A stretch of 27,860 nt of DNA from Oopsacas minuta (Eukaryota; Animalia; Porifera), in assembly GCA_024704765.1 (NCBI GenBank), contig JAKMXF010000068.1, forward strand, positions 1 to 27,860, read 5' to 3'. The translations under genes were made by a program, and so were the position numbers. The notes under the pieces are model-generated. The model was not told the DNA's origin and did not search any database. It worked only from the letters and a program-made list of their open reading frames with translations. Positions 10,136 through 18,880 of this stretch are shown here, one piece after another (positions within the stretch are counted from its first letter, which is position 1; every line of letters begins with the position of its first letter).

Positions 10136-12079
10136 CTATAAGCTTTCTTGTTGACTATCCTGTTGATAAAGCTTTTCTTCTTTAGATCTCTTCCAATGGT
10201 TGTAATGAGAGAACAAATAAAACAGCGGAATCATCATCAAATATACTCCAATAACTAACACCCATATTACCCAACTATTATGCTGAACGGAACTTTTGCA
10301 ATGTGAATTATATACTAAACAGTATTTACTTATTGCAGGCGTGTTTGTTGAATTTATGTCTAAGTTTTGACAATGTAAAGTACAAAGTTTGTCAAATGTG
10401 AAATTAAAAATATTCAAAACAACACCTGCTAGGCCATAATAGAAGAAGAAAATAGAGAAGAAGAATCCCATTAAGGAATTTTGAAAATGGTTGCTACACA
10501 AATAGTAAACATACTGAAGCAATCCAATTATGGAAATACTCTCAAGAATTCCGGAAAACAAATATTGAGGTATTTGTGTAATTAATGGTACCATAGAAGC
10601 ATAAAAGGTAGACGAGTCTGTACAATTCAATTTATAAGAAAAATTCACACGACAAGTTTCTACTGTAACAGCACAAAGGGCACTTAATAGCCCAAACGGT
10701 AAACCCCAGAAAATCCTCTTTAATATAGGATTAACTAATGTAAAGTGTTTGCGAAGTTTATTTCGTATAGAAGACAAGCATTTATACCGAACACACACAA
10801 ATTTCCTTGGAACCCAACGAATCCAAAATGGAATATCACTGGGTAGTGAGAATATTATATCATGGAAAAAGTATTCTACAATCAAAGCGGAGAAGATAAT
10901 GGTTAATGGGTTAATGAACCAATAAGAAATGAAGTACGATTCAGTGCTACAGTAGAAAAACCTATTTTTCTCATCATATATTGGTAGAGGCAAGAAATTT
11001 AATGGAATAGCTTGTTCAGGAAAGAGTAAATATAAGATTTGATAGGTGGATAGTAATGGTGTGAGTATTAGAAAAATAAGATTAATTTTTGTCATTGCTA
11101 AGGTTTTATCAACCAGAGATTTAGCCATTTCATATTTATTTTTCCTCGCCGCATATAACATTAATGATTTATAATTTGTTTTCTTCCTTCTATAAAACCT
11201 CAGCAGAAATGCTGCTATTAAAAGTTTAAAGCCTTTCCAAAATGAGAAATTGTTTGCAGCTATTGCTGAGTCTTTAAAATATCCCAACCGCCTTCCTAGA
11301 ATAGTCAGAAGCAGGACAATTAATAAAACAAAGTTTGCTATTGAACAGTGGATATAGAAAGATGTTTTAAACCACCGAACATAAAGAAGGTAGGCTAAGG
11401 CACCACCAATGTTTTTAGCTATGTAGAATAATGGAAAATACATAAGTAATGTTTCTAATGGTGTTCCATCTAACAAATCCAATCCGAAAGTAATAGAAAA
11501 TGGATAGGAGAGTGAAAAAGACAATTCAAAAACAATGAGGGATAATACAGTAAAAGAGTACTCAATTCCAACAATGAAATCTCTAACTACTTCTATAGTA
11601 GCATTATTTTGCGATTTTAAAGCTTTTAATTTAGGATTTTCAAAGATTTCGAAAACAATTACAAACAAGAGACTTATACCCGCAAAAAATGCTAACAAAA
11701 GTGTGCCTAGAACCAAATAATATCTTGAAAATTGCTTTCGATCACAGAAGTATACAATAAATGGTACAAGTAAATAGGATGAGGAAGAAATAAGAGGGTA
11801 TGCAAATTGATTCTCAAAAACTGAGTGAAACGTTTTATCTAAAGTAACATTTATAATTTCTGTTGTATTGAGAAAGAAAAAGTATTGTAGACTTACTATA
11901 AGTAGGTGTAGGTAGAGGCCTGGCCTGTGTACAATGGGAATAGCTTTTCCGAAAAAGATTGAAGGTCTGAATGTATCCTTTCTGATATATAAAGGCTCTT
12001 CGATACGAGTTGAAGCTAGTAAATTCCCTAAAGACTCATCGTATGGGGCGATTTCGTTATCATGAATATCCTCAACCAT
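10136..12079 (-). CDS. Intronless POT/PTR2-family (SLC15-like) MFS transporter, divergent, 647 aa from the first ATG
   Basis: Uninterrupted ORF with about 12 hydrophobic segments. POT-like motifs in order: PFIVYFCDRKQFSRY (TM2-3 loop), FGLDLL (PTR2 FGxDQ-like), FYIAKNIGG (TM5), FINPLTII (TM8), LKRIFWGL..ALCAVTVETCR (TM9), QIPQYLFSGILES (TM10). The track start at 12097 is TTG; the first ATG is at 12079. Confidence 0.85.
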   Translation of the reverse strand: MVEDIHDNEIAPYDESLGNLLASTRIEEPLYIRKDTFRPSIFFGKAIPIVHRPGLYLHLLIVSLQYFFFLNTTEIINVTLDKTFHSVFENQFAYPLISSSSYLLVPFIVYFCDRKQFSRYYLVLGTLLLAFFAGISLLFVIVFEIFENPKLKALKSQNNATIEVVRDFIVGIEYSFTVLSLIVFELSFSLSYPFSITFGLDLLDGTPLETLLMYFPLFYIAKNIGGALAYLLYVRWFKTSFYIHCSIANFVLLIVLLLTILGRRLGYFKDSAIAANNFSFWKGFKLLIAAFLLRFYRRKKTNYKSLMLYAARKNKYEMAKSLVDKTLAMTKINLIFLILTPLLSTYQILYLLFPEQAIPLNFLPLPIYDEKNRFFYCSTESYFISYWFINPLTIIFSALIVEYFFHDIIFSLPSDIPFWIRWVPRKFVCVRYKCLSSIRNKLRKHFTLVNPILKRIFWGLPFGLLSALCAVTVETCRVNFSYKLNCTDSSTFYASMVPLITQIPQYLFSGILESISIIGLLQYVYYLCSNHFQNSLMGFFFSIFFFYYGLAGVVLNIFNFTFDKLCTLHCQNLDINSTNTPAISKYCLVYNSHCKSSVQHNSWVIWVLVIGVYLMMIPLFYLFSHYNHWKRSKEEKLYQQDSQQESL

Positions 12080-12779
12080 TCGATAGTATTGATCCAATCA
12101 GCTTAATAGCTTATTTAGTAAGATCTCTTTACATTGCTTTTATGAGCATACAGATGCATGTGGCTATATTCCTAACTATCAAGTTACTCACCATGAGAGT
12201 TAAGTTTTATTATACACCTAGAATAATAGTTAAAGATTGATTAAGTAATGTACACTGCTTATCTGAACGTCAATAATATTTAATTTCCCCTTGGGAATGG
12301 GAATTGAAATTCAATAATTTCCGAAACATCAGTTAGCTTGCACTTGTATGTTTTTCACCTGGGAAAGATTCTTGTCAGATCAATATGTATATATTTCACT
12401 CTTTGCCTTTGTTTATTCAATCTCAACATCGATAATATTTACGTTGGAGATTGGTTTGTATGCAAAATATTCAATTCTTTGCAACTTGCAATTTGTACTG
12501 GGAATGAAACCAAAATTATATGTATCACTGAACGGCCAAAATATTCGCATAATTTAGGCTTGTTTCTACGGAAGATTATGTGATTTTGAAAACTAATTTT
12601 TCAAAGAAATTAATACAATTATTCATGAACTGCAGCCTTACCGGATACTGATGCATATCAGAATATCATCCACTCGGGATTGTAGTAATTTTTCGGTTGA
12701 GCGAAATATTAAACTATTCGGTTGCAACCTAAGAAATAATAAAATTTCAAAAGTAATTAGTTGAATATTGATAAACGGG

Positions 12780-13069
12780 CAGGGGCTCAGCCAGTTCCTT
12801 TAACGAGGGGCGCGAGTGTGGTGAGAATGACTGGCAAGGGCTAAGGGGCGCATTACCGTGTGTGGGTATATATTATGTCTAACACAAATATTCACATACA
12901 CTGAAATAGTTCTTTGCTAAAATGGATATTTAGCGAATGATATATATATAGTCTCAATAATCCACTGAATTAATTTGTGAAATATATCTCGCCACAGATT
13001 GTGATTTGAGCTTGTTTATTTTCATCACTATAGGTCACGAGAGTGAGAAGGAGCCCATCTGCGCCCCTG
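12780..13069. mobile_element. hAT-type MITE upstream of the POT-family gene
   Basis: TIRs caggggctcag and reverse-complemented caggggcgcag match 10/11. The 8-bp TSD is taaacggg (12772-12779) and taaacagg (13070-13077), 7/8. Confidence 0.85.
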
Positions 13070-13624
13070 TAAACAGGCTGAGCCACATGATTATAACATC
13101 TCTGAATTTGGGGGATTTCCCGGCTCATAGAGCACGACACACTATTATCACAATTATACGTTAAGATGGGAAAAGGGTAAGATTCTAAAATTGAAGTGCC
13201 GCTGTACATAAAGTATTCCCATATGTAACGAATCGGCCGATAGTGGGCCTAGCCGAAGCAGTAAGCCAAACCTCTGACAATATAATAGCTAAATTACCAC
13301 CATCTTTGAAGGCTATCCAATATTTTTAAGCGCCGATCGGTCAGTGTAAGACATAATTCTGCCAGTAGACGCCTTATCCGGGGAATTATGTGTTTCCATT
13401 TACAGTCCCATTATGGAACCTATTATTCCATTCCAAATTTACCGAATTTGGAAATACACGCAAATTTTACTTATGAGAATATAATCAATGCCCCTCCCAC
13501 ATGTGAATGTAGTACGCTAATCCGAATTTGGCACTATCAAGTTTCTCATATGTCAATATATTATATTGATGTATATTATGCACAATAAAAGCTAAAAGAC
13601 AATTTGATGAGCCGAAAAATAGAA

Positions 13625-16435
13625 TTACACTAGATAGTTTGATTTCTTTTGTTTTCTAGTCCATATTTTGAACAAAATACAATCAAATAGCACAAGCTTA
13701 CGCTTAAATTTGTCATAGAATACGAGTACAAAAATCAACACTAAAGTAACTAGTATAACAATTTTAAAATATACATCGATTGAACTCTTCTGCAGTTGCC
13801 ATTTCGTATATTCGTCAATGTATCCGAAACGATTTCGATAATGACTCGGTAACTCAAATGGAGTTGGAATTGGGAATAAACTAAGATAAAATTCCCTGAT
13901 GAGAGATTTTACAACAGAAGCTGAAGCGGTATTATGATCAATGTTGTCGTTAATACAAATAAATTTCCTGGTATTCTTCCTAATCCAGTCAAGATGGCCT
14001 AAAGCTTTGGAAGAATTCTCATTTATCATTTTAAAAGCCACTTCATCCTCGTTCAAAATTTCAAATTTTCGTTTAGGCAGTACGGAATAGTGTAGTTTCA
14101 CGAGTTCAATTAGCTCTGTACATTCTGCGAAAAATTCTAGGTTAATTAAGGGCAAGTTTTCTCCATAATAGGACTCTGGTTCATCGTTAGGAAGTTCGGC
14201 ACGAGTACCCTCATATGAAATGCTACATTCATTTAAAATATCATAATAATTATTCATAGTTTCACGTGATAGAGGAAGTTCTTTCAAAAGAGCTATCAAA
14301 TTGCGTTGCTCTAAAATTGACAAAATTCCATTTTCGTCTGTATCAAATTCTTCGAATACCCTTCTAAGACTTATTGACTCAAGAGTTTCTGACATGTAAT
14401 AGTAATAGTATGAAAAACTGTACTGCATATCATCATTTTGACGTACTTTATGTGATGACGTGAGATCAAATTCCTCGCGGAATTCATCTTGCAGTTCCTG
14501 CATTATATCACGGTCAATTAAATGCGGCATATGTGCAGGAACCTTCCTAGCCTCGTGACCGAAACGTTTACTGAATTTCCGGTTTACATATTTGAGGGAT
14601 TCACCAAAAGTATCCATTAGCTTACGGCTTTGATAAAAAGGAATTCCCTCAGGCTTTCCGTAGAAATTTTCATCAGAATTTATCAAGATATGTTTTCCAA
14701 TATTCCTACTTAATTGATTTGAACTCGGGGAGAACATTTGCAATCCTCTATCAGAAATAGATATATTTGGACTGAAGGTCATTTCTAAGGTAGGTTTGTT
14801 AAGACCTCGTAAGATACTTTCAATATTATTAATCTCATCAATTGTAAGTTGATCAAGAGCTATTCTTATATGATGTACAAATCCATTATGAGTAAGAAAT
14901 CCTCCCAGGAATTGGGTAACTATCGGTTTCAGACCATCTCTCACAGATTCAGGTATTTCTGTGCTGGTTAATAGGAAATCTAATATTTGAGAAGTGAAGT
15001 TGAAGTGAGACAAAAAATCTTCTTGAAATGATTGCTTATCATCTCTGAGAGTAATTTTACCATTTTCTGGAGAAGAAAGGAAAGTTATTTGTTGCTTATT
15101 AATGGAGAATTTCTTCTCAACTAATTCGTACGAATCGAAAAGAGCGGGTGTAGTAAAGAGATTAGGTCCAGCTGATTGATTCATTACTCTAGAAATATTA
15201 AGAGATAATGTATAGTAAGTATTGATTGATCCTGCTCGTGATAGCGTTAAGAATAATGTAGAAGTTTCATTTGAAAACGGTAGATTATTATAAAATGTCA
15301 TAGTGAGGATATGATGTTTGCTTGAGTACACTGAAGTACGTATAGTATTGTTTGAATGGAAATAACCTGAAACCAAAGTCCAGTTATCCTTCTTAGGGAA
15401 GTTATCGGATAAATTGAAATAAGCTGCCGGTGTACCTAATGGCAGATAAAATAATTGAGTTGCATTGGTGAAATCTATATAAAACTTGAGTAGACGGAAA
15501 TGTTCTTCTATACCACAATCACCTGAATCAAAGCCACAATCAAGCATGAAACAAGAGGTATCGCAGTAGCGATCTCCCATCCACGAATTCGGACATCCAG
15601 CAGCGCAATAGCCACTTGTATCCTGCGCATAGCGTGAATAATCCGAATACCCCCAACGCCCCATCCTTCCTCGTGTTTTTGTTGCATTACAATCCCCAGC
15701 GTCCATCTCACACTCAGTATAATTACAGGATGAATCACAATATCCATCTCCAATCCAAGACGAAGGACAACCGTCGCGACAATTCGGCACAGACCAGGAC
15801 AGATAAATTTTCTGACCTTTAGTATCTGAATAGAAATCTTCTGGCCACACAGGCTGACCTAACATAACATCATCATTCAAATACAAGAATTTCTTGGATA
15901 AACCAGGGATTCTGTGTATATGCGATTCTATAGACGGGGAAGAGAATGTAGGAAGATGCGAGATGTTCTGGAATATCTCATGATGAGTTACAATTGAGAC
16001 TCTTGTATGAGACAAGTCAAGCCAATAAGGAATCTGTCCATTCGTGACAATGTATATATGACGTATCCAAGGCGCATATTTCAACACAGAACGAATTGAA
16101 TAACGTAATTCTTCATTATCTTCAAATCTGTTCAAAGAATAGTCGTCTAATTCATTTTCAAATCCTATATTGAATTTATCGTGAATAGGATTCCATACAA
16201 TACGTGCGGCATTTATTGCGAAAGTACTTTCATTTTTATCCGTGACCAAGTCAGTATTATACGAATCTGATGTTATCTTGTAGATTATAATAGATTCTGT
16301 ATCCAAATCATGCTTGGAAATTATTGTGAAGTATTGATTAGAAGAAATAGAGTTCAGTCGGTCAGTCAATTGGCTCGAATTAGTATTGTTGCCACTAATT
16401 ATGTAATAGTTGGTAAGAGGAATACTGTTGATTAC
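13625..16435 (-). CDS. GNPTAB: GNPTAB exon 2 (936 aa plus stop)
   Basis: Acceptor ttcttccctag|GTAATC is in frame (phase 0). Stealth CR2 (RFEDNEELRYSIRSV...FSSPSIESHIHRIPGLSKKFLYLNDD); two LNR/Notch repeats; DMAP-like segment (GFLTHNGF); S1P-type site RKLM|DTF; CR3 (RKVPAHMPH...DMQYSFSYYYY); EF-hand (FDTDENGILS); CR4 (KFICINDNIDH); C-terminal TM helix. Confidence 0.95.
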   Translation of the reverse strand, partial: VINSIPLTNYYIISGNNTNSSQLTDRLNSISSNQYFTIISKHDLDTESIIIYKITSDSYNTDLVTDKNESTFAINAARIVWNPIHDKFNIGFENELDDYSLNRFEDNEELRYSIRSVLKYAPWIRHIYIVTNGQIPYWLDLSHTRVSIVTHHEIFQNISHLPTFSSPSIESHIHRIPGLSKKFLYLNDDVMLGQPVWPEDFYSDTKGQKIYLSWSVPNCRDGCPSSWIGDGYCDSSCNYTECEMDAGDCNATKTRGRMGRWGYSDYSRYAQDTSGYCAAGCPNSWMGDRYCDTSCFMLDCGFDSGDCGIEEHFRLLKFYIDFTNATQLFYLPLGTPAAYFNLSDNFPKKDNWTLVSGYFHSNNTIRTSVYSSKHHILTMTFYNNLPFSNETSTLFLTLSRAGSINTYYTLSLNISRVMNQSAGPNLFTTPALFDSYELVEKKFSINKQQITFLSSPENGKITLRDDKQSFQEDFLSHFNFTSQILDFLLTSTEIPESVRDGLKPIVTQFLGGFLTHNGFVHHIRIALDQLTIDEINNIESILRGLNKPTLEMTFSPNISISDRGLQMFSPSSNQLSRNIGKHILINSDENFYGKPEGIPFYQSRKLMDTFGESLKYVNRKFSKRFGHEARKVPAHMPHLIDRDIMQELQDEFREEFDLTSSHKVRQNDDMQYSFSYYYYYMSETLESISLRRVFEEFDTDENGILSILEQRNLIALLKELPLSRETMNNYYDILNECSISYEGTRAELPNDEPESYYGENLPLINLEFFAECTELIELVKLHYSVLPKRKFEILNEDEVAFKMINENSSKALGHLDWIRKNTRKFICINDNIDHNTASASVVKSLIREFYLSLFPIPTPFELPSHYRNRFGYIDEYTKWQLQKSSIDVYFKIVILVTLVLIFVLVFYDKFKRKLVLFDCILFKIWTRKQKKSNYLV

Positions 16436-16911
16436 CTAGGGAAGAACATATTCAGGAATTCAGTAAATCGAATTAGAATGTAATCAATTATATATCACAA
16501 TTCTAAAAGTGAATGGTAATGAGGCTAGGTATAATACATAACACAGGTGTATATATTTATACAGATGAACTTGTATAAGACGTTCACCCTCCGGAAACGA
16601 AGATTAGTATGTCTTAAGTCGAGCACGTATGAACCGAGTTCTACTGTATGTCAAATTTACTGATTAAAAGTTGTAATACGAATTTGGTAAACAAAATCTA
16701 TTAACTTAGCTTATTATCCCCTATGATTTGTACTTCCCAAATATATTGGAGAAAGTTAAAAGGGAGTACAGAAAACGGTCATTTTGGGTGCCCAAACTTT
16801 CTGGACCAAATTTTCAAATTAGACCATACAATATAAATGATATTTTCAATTTAAGGCCAGGTGTAGGCATCAGAAATCGAAGATTAGAATTTTCCGTAAT
16901 TTACTGAATAC
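16436..16911 (-). other. GNPTAB: GNPTAB intron (476 bp, GT-AG, phase 0)
   Basis: Donor AAG|gtattc at 16912/16911 and pyrimidine-rich acceptor ...ttcttccctag. The join gives ...FVTSEK-VINSIPL... in frame. Confidence 0.8.
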
Positions 16912-17586
16912 CTTTTCACTGGTGACGAATGAACCAACAGCTGGAACAATCTCTCCCTCAAAAGTTATATTATCACCCAGTGCCATCTCCACAGCTTGGA
17001 TATTACTCATCTTCACAAACGTTACTACTTCTGAACACACGTTTATGGTCTCGCAGGTCTCGATAACCTTCTCCACAAGCAGGTTATCAACGTTCCAAAA
17101 TACCTCATTACCTCTTATAGCAGGAGCTAACCCCTCCCTATAGCTTAATACCAATACATTGAATGGCACACAGTGTCTGAGTCTACAAGTCTTATTAGGT
17201 AATAGAATATCAAATCCTTTGGAGGTGGTATTCATACTTGCTTTGGTCAAATTCGCTTCAAGGGTGACATTAGTGTTTTGTTCTTCTCTCAAATTTCGCT
17301 TCACTTCATTTAATGTTTGAATAAGTAGAGGATCAGATCCGTTCACCCATGTATATACGACATCAATTGGCAGATAGGAACTGAGGTGTTCATGTAAATC
17401 TCGGGCAGCAATATTATCAGAAAATTCTGATGTAGAGTATTGTAGAATGGTAGGACGTCTGAAGAATGGCCAAAGATGGAACTGATCGGAGAATAACATC
17501 AAAATGAAGATACAAGTAAGGACACCAGCTAAAGATATTAGTAGCCCATTACGTGTGGAGAAGCATTCACTGGTTAGTTTCATCAT
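16912..17586 (-). CDS. GNPTAB: GNPTAB exon 1 (225 aa)
   Basis: ATG start, short cytosolic tail, N-terminal TM (GLLISLAGVLTCIFILMLF), Stealth CR1 (LPIDVVYTWVNGSD) and a spacer-1 motif (TCRLRHCVPFNVLVL, resembling vertebrate ECLLTHCIKVPMLVL). Confidence 0.92.
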
Positions 17587-17796
17587 TTGGTGAAATGTTC
17601 TCAGAATACAACTATAATTTACAAAAATATAAATAATTCTATAGATAGTTATTTTAACATTAAACTAATTTTCAGAAAATGTTGTGCACTCAATCGGAAC
17701 AAGAGCGATTGACTGATATTATCAAGCATGTTATTCGCAATTGTGGAAATGAAATGAGATGATAGTTACTGTGAAATTGGTAGGTAAAACTATGTA

Positions 17797-17882
17797 AGGT
17801 GTAACATCCACAATCGGGGTGTCAGGAACGCTGAAAAATGTTACCCCATTAGCCAAATAACCCGTTTGTGGAGGTTTCACTG
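17797..17882. mobile_element. 86-bp TA-flanked mini-MITE upstream of GNPTAB
   Basis: The left end ta-aggtgtaacatccacaatcgggg is an imperfect inverted copy of the right end (reverse complement ta-cagtgaaacctccacaaacgggt). TA on both sides. Confidence 0.5.
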
Positions 17883-18277
17883 TAATAACAAATAACTAAT
17901 AGATATGTCGAAATAAAGCCAGTGCTGACTGTGGAGGGCTTGAAGATTGAAACATCGAATATGCGTCAAGCGACAAATTTAAAGATTTTCAAAAAAAATT
18001 AACTGCTCCGTGTATTAGGGAAGCCCTATACATCAAAAGAACTGAATTTGAAATAGTGATAGAATTCATGCGTGTTAACCTTTGTCAATCATATCCGTAC
18101 TATATTAGCACAGGACAGTGGATATTCCAGGTTATTCCTTCTGAGTATCAATCTAAAGTGGTCGAACTCTAAATTTACGCTCGCTCATAATATTGGTCAC
18201 CCAAACACATGCAAACTGTTAAGGGACCTTATTCGTTAACATTTCTAAAACTTAAATAAACTGAGTCTATAGCCTAT

Positions 18278-18386
18278 ACTAAGCTTGAGTTAAGATTTGC
18301 CTTTACTAAGCTCGAGTTAAGATTTGCCTTTTACTATGCTTGAGTTAAGATTTGCCTTTTAGTATGCTTGAGTTAAGATTTGCCTT
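18278..18386 (+). repeat. Minisatellite, 4 x 27-28 bp
   Basis: Unit actaagcttgagttaagatttgccttt(t) in head-to-tail copies at 18278, 18305, 18333 and 18361 with 1-2 substitutions each and no spacers. Confidence 0.95.
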
Positions 18387-18571
18387 GAGTTTATCCTCGA
18401 AACTTCACCCAAAAACTTTGGCTTAAGGTCACTGTTAATGAGAAACTTGTTGCAGCTCCACAAGAGATTCACCTGACCATACATGCGGGTGGGCGGCTCC
18501 TTCTCATTTCTAATTGATCCTGAAACTACTTATACTCGACCATAACTGGTCCCTTCAACAAGTTAAGGTCA

Positions 18572-18880
18572 ACTCTATCTGGTCCTAGTATGTTCATATC
18601 TCCTGGGTGTATCTTGTAGCGATGTATCTAGTCTTTTATCGAATCAGTAAATGATATTCAATTGTGATGTGTGTTTTGTTCACTATTTCAGCTGTATTAA
18701 CGAAATGTACCTTGGATTAATTTCAGGCTTGCTCCTCTATGTTGTCCGATGTCTAACTACCCCCTGGTAGTTGGATTGGGTCTTCGGGATCGAAATCTAT
18801 ATGCTGAATCGGATATGATCGAATTTGTTAAGAATATTGGCTATAATTGATGTCTGCAATATTCGTTCCACCCAGGACCA
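18572..18880 (+). repeat. Copy B of the diverged duplicated segment (partner 538-1363)
   Basis: Same colinear blocks as copy A. It is 51 nt shorter between the gctcct block and the ttgttaag block. Confidence 0.6.

Noticed and set aside
12080-12097. MDQYYR N-terminal extension of the transporter
   Set aside because: It begins at TTG immediately after a TGA; a eukaryotic start at ATG 12079 is more plausible without transcript data.
14262-14269. TCACGTGA CLEAR/E-box motif as a TFEB-type regulatory site
   Set aside because: A single 8-mer inside GNPTAB coding sequence, far from either start codon; expected by chance.
15508-15822. Short overlapping ORFs (15508-15753 minus, 15616-15822 plus) and similar shadows at 11535, 12010, 16922, 2636-3424, 5185-6112, 20577, 20707 and 27627
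   Set aside because: They are alternate-frame or antisense shadows of recognised genes and transposases with no motifs of their own.
13625-16369. Bacterial Stealth/capsule phosphotransferase or a standalone 914-aa ORF
   Set aside because: The track start is TTG. The frame extends to a canonical acceptor at 16435 and joins exon 1. LNR repeats, an EF-hand, two TM helices and an S1P site define eukaryotic GNPTAB.
17960-18175. GIY-YIG/Penelope C-terminal motif (IREALYIK)
   Set aside because: Only a short motif matches. There is no upstream GIY-YIG or RT sequence, and the following residues do not fit.
18278-18386. CRISPR-like array of ~28-bp repeats
   Set aside because: The units are directly adjacent with no unique spacers, there are no cas genes, and the context is eukaryotic.
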